Shown: piece by piece, positions 1-8,056 of the stretch | Numbering within the stretch: the first letter of the stretch is position 1 | Layout of the letters: the number at the start of each line of letters is the position of its first letter | Assembly (NCBI GenBank): GCA_944358385.1 | Contig: CALVQW010000006.1 | Location: 28,780-92,779 of the forward strand | Source of the DNA: an uncultured Clostridia bacterium | Lineage (GTDB): Bacteria > Bacillota > Clostridia > Christensenellales > CAG-917 | Direction: 5' to 3' | Length of the DNA: 64,000 bases | Made by a program: the position numbers and the translations under genes | Notes under the pieces: model-generated | The model's input: the letters and a program-made list of their open reading frames with translations, nothing else | Database searches by the model: none | What the model was told of the DNA's origin: nothing

Positions 1-1
1 C

Positions 2-838
2 ACTTTGCGCGAGGCGGCTATGCGCGGCGCGGATGTGATTAGGGCTGTCCCCGCCATAAGCGACCGCCACTTCGGAGTGGGCGGCGACGGGGTGGTGCTC
101 ATCCTGCCGAGCGGATGTGCGGATGTCAGGATGCGCATGTTCAACGCGGACGGCAGCGAGGGGAAGATGTGCGGCAACGCCATACGCTGCGTGGGAAAAT
201 ATGCCTACGAGAAGGGACTCACTGCGGGAGCGACGGACATCTCGGTGGAGACGGCGAGCGGGGTGAAACACCTCTCTCTCATCGTCGATGGCGGGATTTG
301 CACGGGTGCGCGCGTGGATATGGGCAGAGCTGTATTCGAGGCAAAAGACATACCCTTGGACGAGAGTTTTCTGCCCGGGGGCTATTCTCCCGCCGAGACT
401 CCGTTCGGGAGAGTGTGGCGGGATGTCCCCGTCCGCGCCTACGGGCAGACTTGGGTGGGGACTGCTGTCTCCATGGGCAACCCGCACTTTGTCGTGTTCA
501 CGGACGAGAACGTGGAGACTTTGGAGCTTGACAAGGTGGGCAAACTCATCGAGTCTCACCACCTTTTCCCCGAAAGGGTGAATGCGGAATTCGTCAACAT
601 CCTTTCCCCGGCAAAGTTCCGGATGCGGGTGTGGGAGAGGGGCAGCGGCGAGACCATGGCTTGCGGGACTGGAAGTTGCGCGGTGGCGGCTGCTGCGGTG
701 GCAAACGGCATCATGCGCGAGGGTGCGGAGGCGGAAGTGGTGCTTAACGGCGGGACGCTCAACATACTTTTCACCGCCGACGGCATCACGATGACGGGAA
801 ATGCGGAAATAAACTTCGAGGGAGATTACGAGATATGA
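2..838 (+). CDS. dapF: Diaminopimelate epimerase (5' end lies outside the window)
   Basis: The frame of ORF-track entry 5..838 is open to the window edge. DapF signatures FNADGSEGKMCGNAIRC, GNPHFVVF and ACGTGSCA (both catalytic Cys) are present. The N-terminal ~20 aa with the GNDF motif are missing. The stop overlaps the dapL start (ATGA). Confidence 0.9.
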   Translation, partial: TLREAAMRGADVIRAVPAISDRHFGVGGDGVVLILPSGCADVRMRMFNADGSEGKMCGNAIRCVGKYAYEKGLTAGATDISVETASGVKHLSLIVDGGICTGARVDMGRAVFEAKDIPLDESFLPGGYSPAETPFGRVWRDVPVRAYGQTWVGTAVSMGNPHFVVFTDENVETLELDKVGKLIESHHLFPERVNAEFVNILSPAKFRMRVWERGSGETMACGTGSCAVAAAAVANGIMREGAEAEVVLNGGTLNILFTADGITMTGNAEINFEGDYEI

Positions 839-2043
839 AATTCAACGAAAATTTTGCGAAACTGAACGAAAGTTATCTTTTTGCGGGCATAGCCGCCAAG
901 GTGCGGACTTTTAAGCAGGCGCATCCGCGCGAGGATGTGGTGAGCCTGGGCATAGGGGATGTCACCCGTCCGCTCACGCCCGCCGTCATATGCGAGATGC
1001 AGGCGGCGGCGCACGATATGGCGGCGGAGGATACCTTTCACGGCTACGGCCCGGAACAGGGCTACGCCTTTTTGCGGGAGGCGATCGTGAGGCACTATGC
1101 GACAAAGGGCGTCACCTTGCACGAGGACGAGATATTCGTCGGGGACGGCGCGAAGAGCGACCTCGGCAATATGCCCGAACTTTTCGGGCGGTGCAGTGTC
1201 CTGCTCCCCGATCCCGTCTATCCCGCCTATCGAGATGTCAACGTGATGGCGGGCAACAGGGTGTATTTCGCACCGGGCGGCAAACGCAACGGGTTCAAGC
1301 CCATGCCGCCTTCAAAGGGACGTTTCGACATCATCTACCTCTGTTCGCCGTCCAATCCGACGGGCGCGGTGTACACGCGCGAGGAGTTGAAAGTGTGGGT
1401 GGATTACGCGCTCGCCACGGGTGCGGTCATCTTCTTCGACGCGGCGTATGAAGCCTTCGTCAGCGACCGTTCCCTGCCCACGTCCGTGTATGAGATCGAG
1501 GGCGCGAAAGAGTGTGCGGTGGAGTTTTGCTCCTTCTCAAAAAGCGCGGGATTCACGGGCATGCGTTGCGGCTGGACGGTCGTCCCCTTCGGGATCGCAT
1601 CCGGCACGCTCAACAGGATGTGGCTGAGACGGCAGACCACCAAGTTCAACGGCGCGAGCTATGTAGTGCAGCGCGCGGCAGCCGCCTCTCTCGGCAAGCA
1701 AGGGGAGTATGAGAACCGCAAGAACGTGGAGTACTATATGACCAACGCCCGCATCATGCACGACGCTCTCACCGCCGCGCACATATGGCACACGGGCGGC
1801 GTCAATTCGCCGTATGTGTGGATGCAGTGTCCCAAGGGCATGACGTCGTGGGAGTACTTCGATCTGCTGCTGGAAAAAGCGGCGGTGGTGGGTACGCCCG
1901 GCGTCGGATTCGGCAAAAGAGGGGAGGGCTACTTCCGTCTCACGGCGTTCGGCAATGCGGAAAAGACAGCCCGCGCCATCTCCCGTCTTGTGGACGTCAC
2001 CCTCTCTTTGAAGGACAGCCACACTGCCCCTGAGCACCGGTAA
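835..2043 (+). CDS. dapL: LL-diaminopimelate aminotransferase
   Basis: 402-aa ORF. The N-terminus MKFNENFAKLNESYLF and a class-I aminotransferase body with the SFSKSAGFTGMRCGW PLP-lysine region fit this family. Translationally coupled to dapF. Confidence 0.88.
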   Translation: MKFNENFAKLNESYLFAGIAAKVRTFKQAHPREDVVSLGIGDVTRPLTPAVICEMQAAAHDMAAEDTFHGYGPEQGYAFLREAIVRHYATKGVTLHEDEIFVGDGAKSDLGNMPELFGRCSVLLPDPVYPAYRDVNVMAGNRVYFAPGGKRNGFKPMPPSKGRFDIIYLCSPSNPTGAVYTREELKVWVDYALATGAVIFFDAAYEAFVSDRSLPTSVYEIEGAKECAVEFCSFSKSAGFTGMRCGWTVVPFGIASGTLNRMWLRRQTTKFNGASYVVQRAAAASLGKQGEYENRKNVEYYMTNARIMHDALTAAHIWHTGGVNSPYVWMQCPKGMTSWEYFDLLLEKAAVVGTPGVGFGKRGEGYFRLTAFGNAEKTARAISRLVDVTLSLKDSHTAPEHR

Positions 2044-2273
2044 TATTCCGCCCGCCTCACGCCCGCCGCAACACGCCTCTGTCCACTTTCGTCCGCGCCC
2101 GAACCGCACGAAGGGACGTTCGCCCGGCATCCGTCCTCGATCGCAGGCGACGCCCGTTCACCGCACAATATCGCCGCTTTATCTCCAATATTTGCGGGAT
2201 AAAGTATGCTGTTCGGTCATAAAAGTGTTGCGGTTTGAGTGTGTATTGCGGGGCAAAAAACAGTGAGTTGCGG

Positions 2274-2556
2274 TATGCCAGACAGGAATAATACGAACCA
2301 GGTTCCGCGCCGCCGATTTCCGTCTGAACCGCGTCATTTGCCTTGCTAATACAGTCAAGTATTAGCTGCAGCGACTTCCTTGCTCAGCCAAAAATCGGCA
2401 GGCGCGGAACTGCTCGCACCTCAGAGCAAGAGATTTTCGGATGATGTTGCGCGGGCGGAACGCAGGCAATAGTATACATATTGGCAAGTTTCGGCTGTGC
2501 AAAAGCACCGAAAAGAATTGCTCCGAGGCTGGTTCGTATTATTCCGGTCTGGCATA
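2274..2556. mobile_element. MITE-like non-coding element bounded by 27-bp terminal inverted repeats
   Basis: 2274-2300 (TATGCCAGACAGGAATAATACGAACCA) is the reverse complement of 2530-2556 with one mismatch. TA sits at both outer edges. There are nested internal stems (2302-2319/2392-2410, 2345-2352/2359-2366) and no credible ORF. Confidence 0.45.
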
Positions 2557-2559
2557 ACT

Positions 2560-2605
2560 AAAAGCGCGCTGCCGACATCAGTTCCGATGCGGACAGCGCG
2601 CTTTT
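2560..2605 (-). terminator. Intrinsic terminator of the 2613..3182 gene (A-tract/stem/T-tract, usable in both directions)
   Basis: AAAAGCGCGCTG (2560-2571) pairs perfectly with CAGCGCGCTTTT (2594-2605), 7 nt past the stop codon of the minus-strand gene. Confidence 0.7.
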
Positions 2606-2612
2606 ACAAAGG

Positions 2613-3182
2613 TCATTTTTTGTTCTCTTCTTTGAATTGCGCGATCTCGGACAGGCGTGAAACGATAAATTCCTGGGCGCGGCGGCTGTAACAGGTGACG
2701 TAATATATCGTGCCTTGGCTGTCGACGCGCTCATCCATGATGATCTCCATTCGCTCGCCTAGCTCGGTAGGGCAAAATTTAGATCTTCCGTATCTGCCTT
2801 CCGCATCTTTAAGTACACCGCATTTGACGAGCCATTCCTGAACGGTTTTGTAGGAGAGCTTTTTCATAGCGTTCTCGTCTATCATAGCGTTCACGTTCTT
2901 TAATAGTTGCGTGATCGAGATCGGTGTGTCGGAATATTCAAACTCCGCCAATTTTTCTTCCGGGATGCGGAAGGGCAGCTTCGAGGTGCGCTGTTTTTTT
3001 GCGGGAACATCGCCGGAGATCACCTTGTCCAAAACGCCGGAGACGTAAAACAAGCACCGCGATATGCGGACATTGTTCACTATGTCGTTTTCGCGGACGG
3101 GTTCGTCCGTCAGCGGATCTATGCCGTTGGCAAGTTTGTCGATGTAAGTTTTTGCTCTGCACAAGATCTCATGGTCGGTCAT
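2613..3182 (-). CDS. Hypothetical protein, 189 aa
   Basis: ORF-track 2613..3182. SD GAGGAGGAG (3196-3188) lies 5 nt before the ATG, with its own promoter and terminator. I recognise no family motif (N-terminal LANGIDPLTDEPVRENDIVNNVRISRCLFYV). Confidence 0.6.
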   Translation of the reverse strand: MTDHEILCRAKTYIDKLANGIDPLTDEPVRENDIVNNVRISRCLFYVSGVLDKVISGDVPAKKQRTSKLPFRIPEEKLAEFEYSDTPISITQLLKNVNAMIDENAMKKLSYKTVQEWLVKCGVLKDAEGRYGRSKFCPTELGERMEIIMDERVDSQGTIYYVTCYSRRAQEFIVSRLSEIAQFKEENKK

Positions 3183-3282
3183 ATGATCTCCTCCTCACAT
3201 TAAAGTGTTGCCCCGTTCCCGTCGTCTTTGACAAGATGCAGCCCGGGCAGAAATATCAAAGTCTCCGTTTATCCTCTAAAAA

Positions 3283-3311
3283 ATTATAATGCAATATTAT
3301 ACCGCCGTCAA
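3283..3311 (-). promoter_or_regulatory. Sigma-A-type promoter for the 189-aa gene
   Basis: On the minus strand: TTGACG (3311-3306), 17 nt, TATAAT (3288-3283). About 95 nt lie upstream of the ATG. Confidence 0.6.
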
Positions 3312-3396
3312 TGAGCGGATTTTGTCGCGGCTGCGGTGTATTGTGAGCGGTGCTTTTTTTGTTGCGTGTGTCGCTCGCGGCAGGCAAAAAGATAAT

Positions 3397-3554
3397 AAAA
3401 AAGGACGAAGGTAAGTGAGCAGAGTTTCAAGTGCTCTCCGTCGATCATGGGCCGACGGCCGGCTTTAAGCCTCACTTCTATCGTCCGCGCCCGCGCTACC
3501 GGGAACCTCGCATAAACGGCCTGCACACCGTATGGCAGTATCCCTTTCGGGAGT
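3397..3554 (-). ncRNA. Candidate structured small RNA, family unknown
   Basis: It lies downstream of a consensus promoter. It has a GAAA-tetraloop hairpin (3552-3541). A multi-branch 3' domain is closed by GGACGA/AAGTGAG (3486-3471) pairing with CTCACTT/TCGTCC (3419-3403) and abuts a U6 tract (3402-3397). There is no SD or credible ORF. Confidence 0.4.
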
Positions 3555-3560
3555 GAAAAC

Positions 3561-3589
3561 ATTTTAACACTTATCGGACGTGTTGTCAA
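3561..3589 (-). promoter_or_regulatory. Near-consensus extended -10 promoter
   Basis: On the minus strand: TTGACA (3589-3584), 17 nt, TGT-TAAAAT (3569-3561). Confidence 0.6.
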
Positions 3590-3735
3590 ACATTGGCGTT
3601 ATTTGCCGCATATGCCAAAGCCAAGGTTTTATAGACTAAATTCGTGCTTATTTGCGCGGCTCGCGTTCGCTGTACACATCAGATCCCGTGTTTCATAATT
3701 AGGGTGCGGCGGGACGTGGTGCGGAGCTTTACCGA

Positions 3736-3745
3736 GGGGGGGGGG
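3736..3745. repeat. G10 homopolymer tract
   Basis: Ten consecutive G in the intergenic DNA between the divergent promoters at 3589 and 3925. Confidence 0.95.
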
Positions 3746-3924
3746 AACTCCATGCTGTTGAGGCGATCCGGGCGTTGAACGCGAAAAAAATCGGCAGTGT
3801 CTCCGCCGAGCGATCATTTCGGGGCGGAGCGTTCGGGAGGGTAAAGTGTGGAGGCGAAGGCAGGTGTGCTCGCGCCGAAGGTGGCGGGGCGGAACATTCC
3901 GGCGGGCAAACTGTCCTCTTTTTG

Positions 3925-3953
3925 TTGCCCGCGCGCTTTAATGGTGATATAAT
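3925..3953 (+). promoter_or_regulatory. tyrS promoter
   Basis: TTGCCC (3925-3930), 17 nt, TGa-TATAAT (3945-3953). The ATG follows 33 nt later. Confidence 0.6.
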
Positions 3954-3986
3954 TTCAAAAGATTTATCTTAAAAGAGGTGCAAAAG

Positions 3987-5201
3987 ATGTCCTCAATGAA
4001 CATCATAGACGAACTCAGAGCGCGCGGTCTTGTCAAACAGACCGTTTTTGAGGATGACCTCAAAAAGCTGCTGGACAGCGGCTCGCAGTCATTTTACATC
4101 GGCTTCGATCCGACGGCGGACAGCCTGCACGTCGGACATTTCGTGCAACTCATCGTCGCCAAACGTTTGCAGGACGCGGGACACCGTCCCATCATCCTCA
4201 TCGGCGGCGGCACGGCGATGATCGGCGATCCTTCGGGGCGCACGGATCTGCGCAGCATGATGACGCGCGAGACCATCCGTCACAATGTGGAGTGCTTCAA
4301 GACGCAGATGTCCAAGTTCATCGACTTCGAGGGCGAGAACGGCGCGATCATAGTGGACAACGCGGATTGGCTGCTCGACCTCAATTACATCGACTTCCTG
4401 CGCGAGATCGGCTCCTGTTTCTCCGTCAACAAGATGCTGACGGCGGAGTGCTACAAGGCGCGCATGGAGAAGGGGCTGACCTTCCTGGAGTTCAACTATA
4501 TGCTCATGCAGGCGTATGACTTTTTGGTGCTCAACCGCAAGTACGGGTGCGTGCTGCAATGCGGCGGAGACGACCAGTGGTCCAACATCCTTGCCGGCGC
4601 GGATCTCATCCGCAGGAAGGAAGGCAAGGACGCATTCGCCATCACGTTCGGGCTGCTCACAACGTCCGAGGGCATCAAGATGGGCAAGACCGCAAAAGGT
4701 GCGGTGTGGCTGGACGAGAAAAAGACGTCGCCATACGACTTCTTCCAATATTGGCGCAACATCCCCGACGCGGACGTGAACAAGGTGTTCCGTTTCCTCA
4801 CCTTCCTGCCTCTTGACGAGATCGAGGAACTGACTCGTTACAACGACGAGCGCATGAACGCGGCAAAGGAGAAGCTTGCGTACGAGCTGACTCTCATGGT
4901 CCACGGCAAGGACGCGGCGGAGGACGCACTCGCAAAGGCGAAGGCGGCTTTTTCCGGAGACAGCGACAATATGCCTTCCGCGATCATCCCCAAGAGCATG
5001 AAGCAGGTGGCGGAGGTGCTGGTCGCGGTGGCAAAAGTCCCGTCCAAGAGCGAGGCGAGACGCCTCATGCAGGGCGGCGGCGTCATGGTGGACGGCGTGA
5101 AAGTGACCGATTTCAATGCGGAACTCACGGACAGCCAGCTCGCCAACGGCTTCGTGCTGCAAAAGGGCAAAAAGAATTTCTACAAGGTGTCGGTTGAGTA
5201 A
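3987..5201 (+). CDS. tyrS: Tyrosine--tRNA ligase
   Basis: ORF-track 3978..5201. The ATG at 3987 is preferred (AAGAGG SD at 3973-3978). HIGH-type HVGH and KMSKS-type KMGKT motifs are present, with a C-terminal S4-like domain. Confidence 0.93.
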   Translation: MSSMNIIDELRARGLVKQTVFEDDLKKLLDSGSQSFYIGFDPTADSLHVGHFVQLIVAKRLQDAGHRPIILIGGGTAMIGDPSGRTDLRSMMTRETIRHNVECFKTQMSKFIDFEGENGAIIVDNADWLLDLNYIDFLREIGSCFSVNKMLTAECYKARMEKGLTFLEFNYMLMQAYDFLVLNRKYGCVLQCGGDDQWSNILAGADLIRRKEGKDAFAITFGLLTTSEGIKMGKTAKGAVWLDEKKTSPYDFFQYWRNIPDADVNKVFRFLTFLPLDEIEELTRYNDERMNAAKEKLAYELTLMVHGKDAAEDALAKAKAAFSGDSDNMPSAIIPKSMKQVAEVLVAVAKVPSKSEARRLMQGGGVMVDGVKVTDFNAELTDSQLANGFVLQKGKKNFYKVSVE

Positions 5202-5820
5202 GAGCTATCTGACCGTCGCGGGAGAGACAGAGATCCGTTTCGAGATCAAACGTTCGGAGTTCATCGCCACCGTCGCCCATGTGGAAAACGGCGACGAGGC
5301 GGAGGAGCTGGTGAGACGGGTGCGCAAGAGGTACTCGGACGCGACGCACAACTGCTATGCATACATCGCCGACGAGCGCGGCAATGAGACTCGTTTCTCG
5401 GATGACGGCGAGCCTGGCGGCACTGCGGGACAACCTATGCTCGAAGTGCTGAAAAAGCGCGGGCTTATGCGGACGGCGGCGGTGGTCACCCGCTATTTCG
5501 GCGGGATAAAGCTGGGCGCGGGCGGGCTGGTCTCTGCCTATGCGGAGAGCGTGTCCCGTGCGGCGGACGCATCGGTCAAGGTGAGGATGACGGAGTGCGC
5601 GAAGATATCCTTCACCTGTGCCTATCCCGATCATCCCGTTCTCGAACAGGCTCTCGCAAGATACGGAGCGAAAAAGGGAGAGACGGTGTACGACGAAAAC
5701 GTGACCTCGCACTGGTGGGTGGAACGGGACAAAACCGACGAAGCCATCGCTCTCATCGGGGCGCAGTCGTCTGGGCGCGTGCGTGCGGAGATAGCAGCCA
5801 TCGGATATGAGGCTCTGTAA
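5194..5820 (+). CDS. IMPACT/YigZ (UPF0029) family protein
   Basis: In-frame part of ORF-track 5116..5820. It carries THNCYAY, DDGEPGGTAG and YFGGIKLGAGGL motifs. The likely start is TTG 5194, which overlaps the tyrS stop; the start is uncertain. Confidence 0.75.
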   Translation: MSKSYLTVAGETEIRFEIKRSEFIATVAHVENGDEAEELVRRVRKRYSDATHNCYAYIADERGNETRFSDDGEPGGTAGQPMLEVLKKRGLMRTAAVVTRYFGGIKLGAGGLVSAYAESVSRAADASVKVRMTECAKISFTCAYPDHPVLEQALARYGAKKGETVYDENVTSHWWVERDKTDEAIALIGAQSSGRVRAEIAAIGYEAL

Positions 5821-6128
5821 GGCGTTTCTCGGCGCGTGAGTGCGCAGGCTGAGATCACAAGGCGACGCTCCGGGACCGCACAAGAAAACGCTCTCACGCG
5901 GTCGGGTGTTTTTGAAAACACGATGAGTGTCCCGAAACGAGGGGCGCGAAAATGGGACAATACACGATAAGTGTTGCGATGGACGTACCGCAGGGCGGAA
6001 AGAGCCGTAAAAAAACGATGAGAAGGACGAAAAATACACGAAACGTGTGACAACTGCGCGGCGATGCCTGAAATGCGGGCGCTGCGGATAAAAAGAATAA
6101 ATGAGCGCGTGAGCGCAAGGAGATAACT

Positions 6129-7190
6129 ATGAAAATCACAATGGTCAAAGAAAGGAAACAAAAACCCGATTTTTCCAAGCTCGGATTCGGCAAGTATTTC
6201 ACCGACCATATGCTCGTCATGGAGTATGACGCGGCTAAGGGCGGCTGGTCCGAGCCGGAGATCGTCCCCTATGAGGACTTCCGCGTGGATCCCGCCTGCT
6301 GCTCTCTGCATTACGGTCAGGGCATCTTCGAGGGATTGAAGGCATACAAGAACGCAGAGGGCAAGATCACGATGTTCCGTCCCCGCGACAACTTCATCCG
6401 CATGAACAGAAGCGCGGAGAGACTGTGCATGGCTCAGCTGGACATCGATGTCGTGTTGGACGCGCTCACCGAGCTTGTCAAGCTGGAGGCGGAGTGGATC
6501 CCCACCGCGCCCGGCACCGCGCTCTACATCCGTCCCTTCATGTTCGGTTCGGAAGCCTTCCTCGGCGTGCATCCTTCCAAGAAGTTCATCTTCACCATCA
6601 TTCTTTCCCCCGTGGGAAGCTACTATGAACACGGTCTCGAACCCACCAAACTCATCGTCGAGACCGAACTCACCCGCGCGTCCAAGGGCGGCACGGGCGA
6701 GGCGAAGTGCATGGGCAACTACGCGTGCAGCCTGCTCGCGGGCGAGCGCGCGCAGAAGAAGGGCTACGATCAGGTGCTTTGGCTGGACGGCGCGGAGAAG
6801 AAGTATGTTGAGGAAGTCGGCTCCATGAATATGGTGTTCGTCATCGACGGCACGGTGGTCACCCCCATGCTGGACGGCTCGATACTGCGCGGCATCACCC
6901 GCGACAGCGCGCTCACCGTCCTCCGCAAGTACGGTTATAAGGTGGAGGAGAGACATCTCCCCATCGACGAGGTGGTGGAAGCGTACAAGAACGGCAAGCT
7001 GGACGAGGCGTTCGGCACGGGTACGGCGGCAGTCATTTCTCCCGTTGGCACCATCACGTATAAGGATCTCACCATGGTCATCAACGACGGCAAGATGGGC
7101 AAGATCACGGAGTGGCTGTACGACCGCATCACGGGCATCCAGACGGGACGTTATCCCGACGAGTTCGGCTGGGTGTACAAGGTCAACTGA
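6129..7190 (+). CDS. ilvE: Branched-chain amino acid aminotransferase
   Basis: 353-aa ORF with SD AAGGAGA. The class-IV aminotransferase N-terminus GFGKYFTDHML and the conserved body fit ilvE. Confidence 0.92.
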   Translation: MKITMVKERKQKPDFSKLGFGKYFTDHMLVMEYDAAKGGWSEPEIVPYEDFRVDPACCSLHYGQGIFEGLKAYKNAEGKITMFRPRDNFIRMNRSAERLCMAQLDIDVVLDALTELVKLEAEWIPTAPGTALYIRPFMFGSEAFLGVHPSKKFIFTIILSPVGSYYEHGLEPTKLIVETELTRASKGGTGEAKCMGNYACSLLAGERAQKKGYDQVLWLDGAEKKYVEEVGSMNMVFVIDGTVVTPMLDGSILRGITRDSALTVLRKYGYKVEERHLPIDEVVEAYKNGKLDEAFGTGTAAVISPVGTITYKDLTMVINDGKMGKITEWLYDRITGIQTGRYPDEFGWVYKVN

Positions 7191-7200
7191 AATCGATAGA

Positions 7201-7235
7201 ATGCAAAAACGGCGGTTTGACTGCCGTTTTTGCAT
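7201..7235 (+). terminator. Intrinsic terminator after ilvE
   Basis: ATGCAAAAACGGC (7201-7213) pairs perfectly with GCCGTTTTTGCAT (7223-7235). Confidence 0.85.
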
Positions 7236-7442
7236 ATCGGAGGAATGCGGCGAGGGGGCGATGAGCGTCCCGCACCGTGTCCCCCATGAGTGCGTCAAAG
7301 TGATGTTGCAATCGGGCGGAGGCAAAAGCGCGGCATGCGCCGGCACTGCACGATCATGCATCGCGCCGATGCCGTATGTGATGCAAACACCGCAAAATAC
7401 CGCATTAGAATGTGGATTTCGGGCGGAAAGGAGGGCTGCTGC

Positions 7443-7982
7443 ATGTCCGACGAAGAAAAAAACACGAGCGACGGGAAAGCATCGCAAAAGGGTAGTGCCG
7501 GGAAGCAACCCGTGTTTTCCGCGCTGGACACCGTGGCGAAGATAATTGCCGCCGCTCCTCGCTCCGAGAAAGAGGTGCGGGACAGGTTGTACAAAAAAGG
7601 CTTCCGCAAAGCAGAGATAGAGGACGCGATAAAGCGAGCGAAGGAATACGGTTACATCGACGACGCGCGCTATGTCGCGGACTTCGTGGAGTATTACAGC
7701 GGCAAGCTGGGCAGGAAGAAGCTGGAATATAAGCTCATCGCTGAGAAGGGTATTGCGCGGGAGATCGTCGCCGCGGGGATAGCGGACGCGCTCTCCGAGG
7801 AGGACGAGCGGGAGAAAGCCGTCGCCGTCGCGTTCAAATGCGCGGCTGCAAAGCGTGTCACAGAGAAAAAGGACCTTCAAAAGGTGGGGGCATTCCTTTG
7901 GCAGCGCGGTTTTCCGAGAGATGTGATAGATGCGGCACTTGATGCGGTGGCAGAAACTTTGGGCGGGAACGAGGACTTCTGA
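7443..7982 (+). CDS. recX: Recombination regulator RecX
   Basis: In-frame part of ORF-track 7290..7982. ATG 7443 follows AAAGGAGGG. Repeated RecX helical motifs are present (EKEVRDRLYKKGF, IEDAIKRAKEYGYIDD, LWQRGF). Confidence 0.85.
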   Translation: MSDEEKNTSDGKASQKGSAGKQPVFSALDTVAKIIAAAPRSEKEVRDRLYKKGFRKAEIEDAIKRAKEYGYIDDARYVADFVEYYSGKLGRKKLEYKLIAEKGIAREIVAAGIADALSEEDEREKAVAVAFKCAAAKRVTEKKDLQKVGAFLWQRGFPRDVIDAALDAVAETLGGNEDF

Positions 7983-8056
7983 CACCCGTTCACGGCGAAG
8001 TGAAAGTCATTGCCGTTCGCTCATAAATGAACGAAAAGCGCGTTTAACGGTGAAAT

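Noticed and set aside
3308-3562. Small hydrophobic ORF inside the candidate sRNA (MFSLPKG..., or the internal MIDGEHLKLCSLTFVLFYYLFACRER...), considered as a type I toxin-like peptide
   Set aside because: Neither ATG has an SD. The first ATG overlaps the -10 hexamer, so it would not be on the transcript. The predicted U6 terminator falls inside the ORF.
3700-3935. Possible T-box leader upstream of tyrS (also looked for upstream of hisS)
   Set aside because: There is a GGTGG-containing stretch (3878-3895) and a hairpin (3902-3909 with 3925-3932). The conserved T-box GGTGGTACCGCG block, the AGAGA/GA-motif stem I features and a proper terminator T tract are all missing. A good promoter (3925-3953) sits only 33 nt from the ATG. 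hisS has less than 100 nt of upstream space.
5906-5921. Palindrome GTGTTTT-TG-AAAACAC upstream of ilvE, considered as a CodY box
   Set aside because: The arm sequence and spacer differ from AATTTTCWGAAAATT. No codY is present at the hslVU locus, where it often lies. A single occurrence is not evidence.
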